DNA of 64,000 bases from Eledone cirrhosa (GCA_964016885.1 OZ024762.1:20398001-20462000), one strand, 5' to 3'. Positions 13,849-25,947 are shown, counted from the stretch's first letter. Notes: generated by a model from the sequence alone, not told the origin. A program made the numbers and translations.

Positions 13849-14249
13849 GAGATTTTTTTTTGTTTTATTTATAATTTTTTCTTTTTCTTTTTCTGTAGAA
13901 ATCTCATAAAGTTGCGGTTGTGATGTCTTTTGAAACGGTTCATTTGTAAAGTATGTGTTTCTTAGTCGAATACCTTATTCCTTTTGTTCAGAAGAGAATG
14001 GCTGAAGTGCCAGCCAGCTGCAGGCTGAAAAATCAGCTTGCTTGCTTAGGTTTTTACTCTACCGTCTTCATTTTCTTTGGCAGTAAAGAAAAGGAAAAAG
14101 AAACTCAGTGTTTGTTGAAAGATAATGGAACCCTGCCAACTGTTTGTCGACCGCAAGAATCAATAACTGCAAGACCAGCACTCTTCCATCTTTCCCTGCT
14201 CTCACCACAACCACTACAAAGACCAAATACTGATTGACTCCGACAATGT

Positions 14250-14945
14250 TCCTATTTAACCCTTTTGATACCAGCCCAGCCCAACCCAGCCAAAAAACAA
14301 AACAAAACACCCTGGAACTATGAAAGAAAACAACCAATTTTAAAGAGCTTCTATTTAACCCTTTTGATACTAACCCAGCCCCCAAACTAGTCCTGGTACT
14401 ATGAAACAATAAAACCCATTTTAAAGAGCTCCTATTTAATTATTTTGATACCAACCTGCCCAAAACCAGTCCTGGTTCTAGGAAACAATAAAACCCATTT
14501 TAAAGAGCTCCTACTTAACCCTTTTGCTACCAACCTGCCCCAAAACTGGCCCTGGTTCTAGGAAACAATACAACTGATTTTAAAAACCAGTCCTGATCCT
14601 ATGAACCAATAAAACCCACTTTAAAGAGCTCCTATTTAACCCTTTTGATACTAACCCAGTCCCAAAACCAGTCCTGGTACTATGAAACAATAAAACCCAT
14701 TTTAAAGAGCTCCCATTTAACCCTTTTCATACCAACTCAACCTCAAGTCCTGGTCCTATGAAACAATAACATCCATTTTAAAGCATTCCTATTTATCCCT
14801 TTTGATACCAACCTGCACAAAAACTGGCCCTGGAAACAATACAACCCATTTTAAAGGGCTCCTATTTAACCCTTTTGATACCAACTCAACCCCAAAACTG
14901 GTCCTGGTTCTAGGAAACAAAATTGACCATTTTAAAGGGTTTCTT
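14250..14945. repeat. Degenerate tandem repeat of about 80 bp (about 8 units) beginning TTAACCCTTTTGATACC
   Basis: CCTATTTAACCCTTTTGATACCAACC...CCTGGTTCTAGGAAACAATAAAACCCATTTTAAAGAGCT recurs. Confidence 0.85.
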
Positions 14946-15049
14946 TTTAAACTGAAGTTTTCCAACACAATTTTATATAAGAACCATATATTATGGCACT
15001 GCTTTGATAATGAAATAATTTATAATTTTAGTAAATCCCACAAAATTCT

Positions 15050-16562
15050 TATTGTTTGTGTTGGTGTTTTTGTTGATGTTAGTGTCATTGAAGTTGTTGT
15101 TGATGATGGTGATGTTATTGGCGGTGTTGGTGTTGGTGTCATCAATAGTATTGATGTTGATGGTGTTGTTGGTGGTGGTGGTGTCATCAATGGTGTTGAT
15201 GTTGATGGTGTTGTTGTTGTTGGTGTCATTGATGGTGTTGATGTTGATGGTGTTGTTGTTGTTGGTGGTGTTGGTGTTGGAGTCATCAATAGTATTGATG
15301 TTGATGGTGTTGTTGGTGGTGATGGTGTCATCAATGGTGTTGATGGTGTTGGTGTTGTTGGTATTCTTGGTGTTGGTGTCATTGATGGTGTTGATGTTGG
15401 TGATGTTGTTGATGGTGTTGGTGTTGTTGGTGTCATTGATGGTGTTGGTGTTGTTGTTGGTGGTGTTCATGGTGTTGATGGTGTTCATGTTGGTGATGTT
15501 GTTGATGTTGGTGATGTTGTTGATGGTGTTGGTGATGTTGTTGATGGTGTTGGTGTCATTGTTGGTGTCGGTGTTGGTGTTGTTGATGGTGTTGGTGGTG
15601 TTGGTGATGTTGTTGATGGTGTTGGTGGTGTTGGTGTCGGTGTTGGTGCTGTTGATGGTGTTGGTGGTGTTGGTGATGTTGTTGATGGTGTTGGTGTCAT
15701 TGTTGGTGTCGGTGTTGGTGTTGTTGATGGTGTTGGTGGTGTTGGTGTCATTGTTGGTGTCGGTGTTGGTGTCATTGTTGGTGTCGGTGTTGGTGTTGTT
15801 GATGGTGTTGGTGGTGTTGGTGTCATTGTTGGTGTCGGTGTTGGTGATGGTGTTGATGGTGTTGGTGTCATTGTTGGTGTCGGTGTTGGTGTTGTTGATG
15901 GTGTTGGTGGTGTTGGTGTTGTTGATGTTGTTGATGGTGTTGTTGATGGTGTTGGTGTCATTGTTGATGTCATTGTTGGTGGTGTTGTTGATGGTGTTGG
16001 TGTCATTGTTGGTGTCGATGTTGTTAGATTTTGTGTCATTGGTGTTGGTGTTAGTGTCGATGTTGTTGGTGTTAAGAGTCATTGGTGTTGGTGTTGTTGT
16101 TGTTGTTGTTGTTAGTGTTGATGTTGGTGTTGATAGTGTAGGTGTCATTTGATGGTGTTGATGTTGGTATTGGTGTCAATGTTGGTGTGTTGGCATCGCT
16201 GTCAATGTTGTTGTTGGTGGTGCTGATGGTGATGCTGGTATTAGTTTCAATGTTGTTGTTGGTGTTGTTATTGGTGTGTTGGTATTGGTGTCAATGTTGT
16301 TGTTGTTGGTGGTGGTGGTGGTGATACTGGTATTAGTTTCAATGTTGCTGGTGTTGGTGTTGTTGGTGCCATTGTTGGTGATGCTGGAATTAGTGTCAAT
16401 GTTGTTGTTGGTGTGTTGGCATTGGTGTCAATGTTGGTGTTGTTGTTGGTGTGTTGGTATTAGTTTCAATGTTGCTGGTGTTGGTGTTGTTGGTGCCATT
16501 TTTGTTGATGTTGTTGTTGTTGTTGATGTTGGTGTCAAAGTTGTTGATGTTGTTGTTGTTAT
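15050..16562. repeat. (GTT/GAT/GGT)n compound array
   Basis: Read directly. Source of the long V/G/D and T/N/P pseudo-ORFs. Confidence 0.95.
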
Positions 16563-16899
16563 TGAAGATGAGTGTGTTACCTTCATCACATTATCCAGTC
16601 AATTCCTATCTTTAATTAGTCAGTCTCTAACAACAGAAATCTTATAAACAATATTGAAAGGAAACACACATGCACTAATTAATTGATTAATTATGCATGA
16701 TCCATGTTGGAAAATAATTAGAATAGAATTTATCTATCATATATTTATCTATATATGTATAGATATGTGCGTGTAATTTGCACGTATCTCTCTCACTATA
16801 TATATATATATATATATACACAAATACATATATATATAACCTATACACACACACACATATATATATATCCTACATATATACATATATATCATATATATC

Positions 16900-16935
<36 letters not shown>

Positions 16936-17029
16936 TACATATATATATTAGCCAGGTGGTGCTATTAAATTAGACATGGCCTGGGCCAATACTGGCCAAA
17001 ACCTATCAAAGTTATATATATATATATCT

Positions 17030-17372
17030 CATCATCATCATCATCATCATTTTATGTCCACTTTTCCCTGCTTGCAAGGGTGGTACGGGAACTGATTCTG
17101 GCTTGATTTCAACAGCTGGATACCCTTCCTAACACCAACCTCATTTACAGTGAGTGCTGGGTGCTTTTTTGCCGTGGTACCTCCACGACCACTTTGCAGT
17201 GGAATGATAAGGACCCCAGTCCCTATCATCTCATTTCTACAGCTGAGTAAACTGGAGCAATGTGAAATAAAGTGTCTTGCTCAAGGAAACAACACATCAC
17301 CCGGTCTGAGAATTGAACTCACAACCTTTCGATTGCAAGGCCAATGCTTTAACCACTAAGCCACGTGCCTCC
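17030..17372 (-). mobile_element. Full-length CORE-type SINE
   Basis: Reverse complement of 2629-2974 with few differences. Confidence 0.85.
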
Positions 17373-17435
17373 ATATATATAAAAACAAGAAGTGTAAGTC
17401 AACAGGTTAAAATTAAAATGATAGTTAGAAATAAT

Positions 17436-17613
17436 TGTTTCTACTTTAGGCACAAGGCCAGCAATTACCCAGTGCATTACTGGTACTTTATTTTATCGAC
17501 CCCGTAAGGATGAAAGGCAAAGTCAACCTCGGCGGGATTTGAACTCAGATCGTAAAGGGACGTAACTATGCTGGAAAGCATGGCGTCCGACCCTCTACCG
17601 ATACTGCCAATCC
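17436..17613 (-). mobile_element. Meta-type SINE with 18-bp target-site duplication
   Basis: ATGATAGTTAGAAATAAT at 17418-17435 and 17614-17631. Confidence 0.9.
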
Positions 17614-17631
17614 ATGATAGTTAGAAATAAT

Positions 17632-18470
17632 GGTTTAAGTTATGATGTTTATTTTTCAACATATGCTCCATCTTGGTCAATACATTTCTGCAAATGTTGA
17701 TACCAGCCTTTCAGTTCATCTGTGTAAAACTGAGGGCCATGTGATTTAAACCATGTCAAAGTAGCCTCTTTTTTTACATCTTCAACTGGGGATCATCTTC
17801 AACCTCATCTCTTCCACTTCTAAAACAACATCCATTTGTAGGTTGTTGATTTCTGTGGGACATTGTCCCCATAAACTTGCTCTAGAGCGTCAATGGTTTG
17901 GCTGCTCTGCCACCCTAGCTTCACCATGAATTTGATGTTTTGATGGAGGCCATGTTGCTTGAGCGCGTGCTGACTTCCGACTGGTGGTGCCACATTGCAA
18001 CATGCAGAACATGTTATGACACGTTAGTACAAGAATGTACAGGTACATTGGAGGCACGTGGCTTAGTGGTTAGAGCATTGGCCTTGCAATCGAAAGGTTG
18101 TGAGTTCAATTCTCAGACCAGGTGATGAGTTGTTTCCTTGAGCAAGACACTTTATTTCACATTGCTCCAGTTTACTCAGCTGTAGAAATGAGATGATAGT
18201 GACTGGGGTCCATATCATTCCACTGCAAAGTGGTCGCGGAGGTGCCACGGCAAAAAAGCACCCAGCACTCACTGTAAATGAGGTTGGTGTTAGGAAGGGC
18301 ATCCGGCTGTAGAAATCAAGCAAGAATCAGTTCCCGTCCCACGCTTGCAAGCCGAAAAAAGCAGACGTAAAATGAAATGATGATGATGATGATGATGACA
18401 TTGAGATCAAAATCCCTGCATATGGTTTTTAGCTATGTACTTTCTCCACAAACTTTTTGAAGCCCCCTTG
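17632..18470 (-). mobile_element. Internally deleted Hsmar2-like (irritans-group) mariner remnant
   Basis: Minus strand: TIR-like CAAGGGGGCTTCAAAAAGTTTGTGGAGAAA (18441-18470), ATG at 17953, NIKFMVKLGWQSSQTIDALEQVYGDNVPQKSTTYKW..RSGRDEVEDDP joined to VEDVKK..ATLTWFKSHGPQFYTDELKGWYQHLQKCIDQDGAYVEK*. Confidence 0.85.
18050..18397 (+). mobile_element. Full-length CORE-type SINE inserted in the mariner 5' leader
   Basis: Same family as 2629. Flanked by ACATTG (18045-18050 and 18398-18403). Confidence 0.85.
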
Positions 18471-18594
18471 GTTTGTTTTGGATGAGATATTCATATCTAA
18501 GCAGCATCACGCTCTAAAATGGTGATAAGACCTTCTTTGTAACTTGTACACACACATTCACACAGCTGCACATATCAATGTTAGCAACTGGATT

Positions 18595-19045
18595 ACAACA
18601 TACATACACACATAACACGACACACATACACACACGTACATACACACATAACACGACACACATACACAAACGTACATACACACATAACACGACACACATA
18701 CACAAACCTACATACATACATAACACGACACACATACACACACGTACATACGCACATAACACGACACACATACACAAACATTCATACATACATAACACGA
18801 CACACATACACAAACGTACATACACATAACACACACAGATATACATACATACACAGATATACATACACACACAGATATACACACACACACAGACACACAT
18901 ACACACACACACACACACATACACACACACATTCATATACACATATCTACACACACACACACATACATACATACATACATACATACACACAGACAGATAC
19001 ACATACGGATACATACAAAAAGACACACATACATATACATACATA
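18595..19045. repeat. 36-bp CA-rich minisatellite followed by (CA/CATA)n
   Basis: Unit CATAACACGACACACATACACAAACGTACATACACA. Confidence 0.9.
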
Positions 19046-19462
19046 ACAATCATTATCATGTTTGTATGCTACCTTTGTAAAAAGAGAGAGAGAGAGGAGT
19101 AGAAAGAGGGGGGGTTGATCATTGCTTCATCCTAACATCTCCTCTTCCTTTTCCTTCAGTGAGATAAATTTGTAGGAGGAAGAGAGGGTGTGCGAGGTCA
19201 TTGTTCCTCTCTAATATCTCTTCCTCCTCTTCCACCTTCTCTCTCTCCACCACCTCCTCCTCCTGTTTCCCCACCACTGCCTCCACTTCCTCTTCCCTTA
19301 TCACTACTTCCTCTCCTTCTTCCACCTCCTCCTCTTCCCACTGCCCCCCCCCGTCTCCCCATAGCCCCCTCCCTCCCCCAGTACAGTTAGATTAAAAGAT
19401 CTTAGTTATCTGGACACCATCAAAATAAACTAGTTACTTCTCTTCTCTTTGATACTCCTCAG

Positions 19463-19532
<70 letters not shown>

Positions 19533-20049
19533 AAGTAAAGGTGTGTGTGGGCATGCAGGTGTGTGAGTTGAAATTGTGTGAACAGAGATGTGTGTAAGCA
19601 AAGGTGTGTGTGCTAAAGTCGTGTGAACAGACGTGTGTGTATGTGTGTGTAAAGGTTGTCTGTGTGTGTGTGAGTAGAGATGTATGTGTAACTAGATATG
19701 TATGTGTGCGTGTGTGCGTGTGTGTGTGTGAATTGAGATGTATGTAACTAGAGCTATGTGTGTGTGTGGGTGTATGTAACTAAAGATGTGTGTGTGTGTG
19801 AGTAGAGAAGTGTGTGTGTGAGTAGAGATGTGTGCGTGTGTGAGTAGAGATGTGTGTGTGTGTGTGAGTAGAGATGTGTGTGTGTGTGTGAGTAGAGATG
19901 TGTGTGTGTGTGCATTTTACCTAGTTTCACTTTCACTATATGACCTGAAATATGTTTTCCTTTTTCATAATCTTTGTGTGTGTGTGTATATATATTTATA
20001 CTTACACACACACACATACATATATATATGTGTGTGTCTGTGTGTGTGT

Positions 20050-20240
20050 ATCCCGGGATTAATCGCGGGTAACCACAGTAAGTAAGGTACTCAATACAAA
20101 GCAGAGTATAAATATTTAATATAGAAATGGCTTCTACAGGACTAGAACTGTTTCACTCGAAGGAAATCATCAGGAAAGTCGACTGTCAATGTGATATGGT
20201 GGTATTTATACATTTTCAGAAAATGTATAAATACCACCTA
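20050..20240 (-). mobile_element. Family-Y Penelope-like pLTR fragment
   Basis: Homologous to 28006-28140. Contains an HHR core and ends in a perfect 20-bp fold-back (20198-20238). Confidence 0.6.
20131..20177 (-). ncRNA. Type I hammerhead ribozyme motif (variant stem II)
   Basis: Minus strand: ttc CTGATGA tttccttcgagt GAAA cag ttctagtc ctg TA gaa. Confidence 0.55.
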
Positions 20241-20263
20241 TATTATATATACATATATAAATA

Positions 20264-20712
20264 TCTGGAGAGGAGCAATTATAGGGGTATAAAACTGATG
20301 AATCAGGTTATGAAAATGGCAGAAAGGATATTAGCACAACTAATTAGAGAAAGGGTCAAACTAGATGAGATGCAGTTTGGTTTTGTGCCTGGGAAGAGTA
20401 CAACAGATGCCCTCTTCTTGGTGAAACAATTGCAAGAGAGGTTCTTAGAGAAAAATAAGCCACTATACTTAGCCTTTGTTGACCTAGAGAAGGCCTTTGA
20501 TAGGGTACCCCGATCGTCATCTGGTGGTCCCTAAGGAAACTAGGTGTTGAGGAATGACTTGTGAGGACGGTGCAAACTTTGTACAGAGGTACTGTCAGTA
20601 AAGTCAGGGTAGGAATGGAGTTTAGTGAGGAATTCCAGATACAAGTAGGAGTACATCAAGGTTCGGTCCTCAGCCCGCTCTTGTTCATTATAGTCCTCCA
20701 AGCCATAACAGA
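20264..20712 (+). pseudogene. RTE-clade reverse transcriptase fragment (frameshifted)
   Basis: NYRGIKLM, QFGFVPGKSTTDALF, YLAFVDLEKAFDRVPR, GVHQGSVLSPLLFIIVL. Confidence 0.92.
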
Positions 20713-21115
20713 GCACAAGATCATATATAAATGAGAAGCAAGCCCCAAGCCTATCTAAGAGGTCAGTAACACAGCTTGTGTACTGATGTTAAATGATAAC
20801 AGATGTTAAATGATAATAATGATACACACCCTTTTATCATCATCATCATCATCATTTTACGTCCGCTCTTCCCTGCTTGCAAGGGTGGGACGGGTCTTAT
20901 TCACCACAGCATCTCTCCACTTGTCACGGTCCTTCGTTATCTCCACCGTGAGCTTAATGGTATCAAAATATGTCTACATGGACCCCAGAAATAATCTGTA
21001 TAATAATAGGGGTTCATGAAAGGATATGACCCTCCTAATCAGCTTTAACACATAATTTCACATAATCTTGCCAAACAAAATACAAATCATGGAATCTACA
21101 TAATTATAACAGACC

Positions 21116-23401
21116 AGTGTCACCAATAGTGATGGCAATAGTATTAAATATATTTAGTTACTAGAGTCCAGGATTGGTATACCATATATACCAGGACTAG
21201 TGGACTAGTGTCACCAATAGTGATGGCAATAGTATTGAATATATTTAGTTATTAGAGTCCAGGATTGGTATACCATATATACCAGGACTAGTGTCACCAA
21301 TAGTGATGGCAATAGTATTAAATATATTTAGTTACTAGAGTCCAGGATTGGTATACCATATATACCAGGACTAGTGGACTAGTGTCACCAATAGTGATGG
21401 CAATAGTGTTAAATATATTTAGTTACTAGAGTCCAGGATTGGTATACCATATATACCAGGACTAGTGTCACCAATAGTAATGGCAATAGTGTTAAATATA
21501 TTTAGTTACTAGAGTCCAGGATTGGTATACCATATATACCAGGACTAGTGTCACCAATAGTGATGGCAATAGTGTTAAATATATTTAGTTACTAGAGTCC
21601 AGGATTGGTATACCATATATACCAGGACTAGTGGACTAGTGTCACCAATAGTGATGGCAATAGTATTAAATATATTTAGTTACTAGAGTCCAGGATTGGT
21701 ATACCATATATACCAGGACTAGTGGACTAGTGTCACCAATAGTGATGGCAATAGTATTGAATATATTTAGTTATTAGAGTCCAGGATTGGTATACCATAT
21801 ATACCAGGACTAGTGTCACCAATAGTGATGGCAATAGTATTAAATATATTTAGTTACTAGAGTCCAGGATTGGTATACCATATATACCAGGACTAGTGGA
21901 CTAGTGTCACCAATAGTGATGGCAATAGTATTGAATATATTTAGTTATTAGAGTCCAGGATTGGTATACCATATATACCAGGACTAGTGTCACCAATAGT
22001 GATGGCAATAGTATTAAATATATTTAGTTACTAGAGTCCAGGATTGGTATACCATATATACCAGGACTAGTGGACTAGTGTCACCAATAGTGATGGCAAT
22101 AGTGTTAAATATATTTAGTTACTAGAGTCCAGGATTGGTATACCATATATACCAGGACTAGTGTCACCAATAGTAATGGCAATAGTGTTAAATATATTTA
22201 GTTACTAGAGTCCAGGATTGGTATACCATATATACCAGGACTAGTGTCACCAATAGTGATGGCAATAGTGTTAAATATATTTAGTTACTAGAGTCCAGGA
22301 TTGGTATACCATATATACCAGGACTAGTGGACTAGTGTCACCAATAGTGATGGCAATAGTATTAAATATATTTAGTTACTAGAGTCCAGGATTGGTATAC
22401 CATATATACCAGGACTAGTGGACTAGTGTCACCAATAGTGATGGCAATAGTGTTAAATATATTTAGTTACTAGAGTCCAGGATTGGTATACCATATATAC
22501 CAGGACTAGTGTCACCAATAGTGATGGCAATAGTGTTAAATATATTTAGTTACTAGAGTCCAGGATTGGTATACCATATATACCAGGACTAGTGGACTAG
22601 TGTCACCAATAGTGATGGCAATAGTATTAAATATATTTAGTTACTAGAGTCCAGGATTGGTATACCATATATACCAGGACTAGTGTCACCAATAGTGATG
22701 GCAATAGTGTTAAATATATTTAGTTACTAGAGTCCAGGATTGGTATACCATATATACCAGGACTAGTGGACTAGTGTCACCAATAGTGATGGCAATAGTA
22801 TTGAATATATTTAGTTACTAGAGTCCAGGATTGGTATACCATATATACCAGGACTAGTGGACTAGTGTCACCAATAGTGATGGCAATAGTATTGAATATA
22901 TTTAGTTACTAGAGTCCAGGATTGGTATACCATATATACCAGGACTAGTGTCACCAATAGTGATGGCAATAGTATTAAATATATTTAGTTACTAGAGTCC
23001 AGGATTGGTATACCATATATACCAGGACTAGTGTCACCAATAGTGATGGCAATAGTATTAAATATATTTAGTTACTAGAGTCCAGGATTGGTATACCATA
23101 TATACCAGGACTAGTGGACTAGTGTCACCAATAGTGATGGCAATAGTATTGAATATATTTAGTTACTAGAGTCCAGGATTGGTATACCATATATACCAGG
23201 ACTAGTGTCACCAATAGTGATGGCAATAGTATTAAATATATTTAGTTACTAGACTCCAGGATTGGTATACCATATATACCAGGACTAGTGTCACCAATAG
23301 TGATGGCAATAGTGTTAAATATATTTAGTTACTAGAGTCCAGGATTGGTATACCATATATACCAGGACTAGTGGACTAGTGTCACCAATAGTGATGGCAA
23401 T
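21116..23401. repeat. 83/91-bp satellite, about 26 units
   Basis: Unit CCAATAGTGATGGCAATAGTGTTAAATATATTTAGTTACTAGAGTCCAGGATTGGTATACCATATATACCAGGACTAGTG(GACTAGTG)TCA. Confidence 0.95.
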
Positions 23402-23739
23402 AATTACTATGTCATATAGTAATTATCAGTTAGTGTTTTGATAAATTTATAGTTTGCATAAAAGAAACCCTATAGTTTATGTTGATTACTAGCATGTGGA
23501 AGTGCTTTAAGATAGGAATGATGTTTTAATAAATCACTGCCAGGATATAACTACATAACTGCTCAACATGTATGTAAAAATGGCGTACAGGGTTAAATGT
23601 ATGAGTAACATTGGAGAAATATTGGGTTAGAATCCAGGACATTGTGATTGGAAAGCAAACTTATTATTATAGCAAAATGACTGATATAAGAAATGCATTG
23701 TGTGCATAAATTTTAAAGGGTTACAGATACATATAAACA

Positions 23740-24187
23740 TGAAAAGTCCTTTTGTATAGAAAGTCGTGTAGTGCAAGTGGGTTAGATTACTAACCAGAAG
23801 GGAATTGGGAGGGAAAACAAAATAAAAGAAAGGATGAATGATTGAAAGTTACCTTAGCAATTTATTATTCCCAATATCCTTCAGAATAACCAGCCATTAT
23901 CACAAGGTTCTATAGGAGGAGCTTCAAACAAAAAAAACGTGATTTTTCTTCTTGGAGTTTGTTTATTTTTATTTCATTTTTTTCTCTGAACTTTCCCCTA
24001 TGGACCCCTTTGATAATGGATGGTTAATCCAAGGGATTTGGGGAATGATAAATTGGTATGGTAACTTTCTATATCAATTGTTCTTTCTTTTATTTTGCTT
24101 TCTCTTTCGCAATTCCCTTCTGATTATCACCTTGGTAATTTAACACACTTGCACTGCACAGATTTCTATGTAAACTAACTTTTCACT
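23740..24187. repeat. Old imperfect palindrome (arms about 190 bp), MITE/fold-back-like
   Basis: ATAGAAAGTCGTGTAGTGCAAGTG pairs with CACTTGCACTGCACAGATTTCTAT, CAGAAGGGAATTG with CAATTCCCTTCTG, GAAAGTTACC with GGTAACTTTC. Confidence 0.75.
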
Positions 24188-24211
24188 TTCATACTCCACA
24201 AGGCTTCAAGC

Positions 24212-24297
<86 letters not shown>

Positions 24298-24318
24298 TAT
24301 ATATATATACATATATAA

Positions 24319-24349
<31 letters not shown>

Positions 24350-24436
24350 AATATATATATATAAATATATATATATATACATATATAAATATATATATAT
24401 ATACATATATAAATATATATATATATACATATATAA

Positions 24437-24473
<37 letters not shown>

Positions 24474-24500
24474 CATACATATATATATATATAGATATAT

Positions 24501-24558
<58 letters not shown>

Positions 24559-24580
24559 CATACATATATATATATATAGA

Positions 24581-24661
<81 letters not shown>

Positions 24662-24839
24662 GGAGGCACATGGCTTAGTGGTTAGAGCATTGGCCTTGCA
24701 ATCGAAAGGTTGTGAGTTCAATTCTCAGACCGGGTGTTGTGTTGTTTCCTTGAGCAAGACACTTTATTTCACATTGCTCCAGTTTACTCAGCTGTAGAAA
24801 TGAGATGTTAGGGAGTGAGGTCCCTATCATTCCACTGCA

Positions 24840-24840
<1 letters not shown>
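24662..24840 (+). mobile_element. CORE-type SINE, 5' half only, within (TA)n
   Basis: Matches 2629-2808 and breaks off at CCACTGCAA. Confidence 0.85.
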
Positions 24841-24873
<33 letters not shown>

Positions 24874-25012
24874 ATGTGTGTTAGAAAAAATGAGGAGGTT
24901 TCATGTAAACGAAACTCCATTTTTTCTAATCTATACACTCTACCTGACCATAGAGTGCTTGTTTTGGTACCACCACCAGTTATTCACTGAATCACCTACA
25001 CTATATATATAT

Positions 25013-25044
<32 letters not shown>

Positions 25045-25731
25045 GTGTCAATGTGCGTGAACGACCCAGTATGAATGTGTTGAGAGAGAAACTGTGTGTG
25101 AGAGGGATAGAATGTAGTGTACGGGAGAGGAGACTGCAGTGGTATGGACATGTGATGCGTATGGAGGATGACAGATGGGTGAAGAAGTGCCAGGAAATGC
25201 CAGTTGAAGGAAGACGTGGTAGAGGTAGACCACGAAAAACATGGGCGGAGGTGGTGAGAGCAGACCTCAGATCGCTGAAACTCACAGTGGAGATGACGAG
25301 TGGAGAGATATATATGTGTGTATATATATATATGTATATATATATGTATATATATATATATATATATATACAAACTCACGTGACTTCTGGCGTCACGCAG
25401 TAATACAGGGTACCCGACCTCCCATGGGTACATGCTGAAGCATATAAACAATATGCCCCCACTCCCCCCGCCGCAAGGTGGTCGTGGAGGTGCCACGGCA
25501 AAAAAAGCACCCAGCCCACACTGTAAAGTGGACGTGTAGGCGCCACGAAAAAGCACCCAGCACTCACTGTAAATGAGGTTGGTGTTAGGAAGGGCATCCA
25601 GCTGTAGAAATCAAGCCAGATCAGTTCCTGTATGAGCAAGGCATGGTCAGCCGACCAGACACTGCCCACAACAGGACAACCCGTCTAACCCATGCTAGCG
25701 TGAAAGAACGTACGTAAAACGGTGATGATGA
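25045..25731 (+). mobile_element. RTE LINE family A, 3' end, interrupted by (TA)n at about 25306-25372
   Basis: RRLQWYGHVMRMEDDRWVKKC..VEGRRGRGRPRKTWAEVV..RDFWRHAVIQGTRPPMGTC*, then 3'UTR and (GAT)n. Confidence 0.9.
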
Positions 25732-25803
25732 TATATATATATATACATATAAATTAATAAAATAATGAATAAACAAAGAAACAGTTCCTTATATTAAAAA
25801 AAT

Positions 25804-25947
25804 TCATCATTTTACGATCGTTTCTAGGATATATATGTGTTAGTGTTGGTATGCATATTCTATAGATCTATGTACAATATTTATACAAACCATCAGAGGG
25901 AATATACATACCTACACACATATATATGCTGTCTTCAGAAATAATGA
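25804..25947 (-). ncRNA. Type I hammerhead ribozyme motif with about 105-nt extended stem II
   Basis: Minus strand: tcattattt CTGAAGA [long hairpin] GAAA cgatcg TA aaatgatga. Stem I is 9 bp and stem III is the palindrome ACGATCGT. Confidence 0.6.

Noticed and set aside
14991-16148. Mucin-like or antifreeze-like T/N/P repeat protein
   Set aside because: Several frames are open because of triplet composition, with no signal peptide or unique domain. Expression cannot be excluded without RNA data.
19125-19200. Acceptor-like polypyrimidine-CAG sites (also near 7929 and 19462)
   Set aside because: No convincing donor or coding frame. Such tracts are common by chance in this composition.
20127-20534. 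Intact reverse transcriptase gene
   Set aside because: The ORF is a chimera of a non-coding cassette, (TA)n and an RT fragment, with a frameshift and stop downstream.
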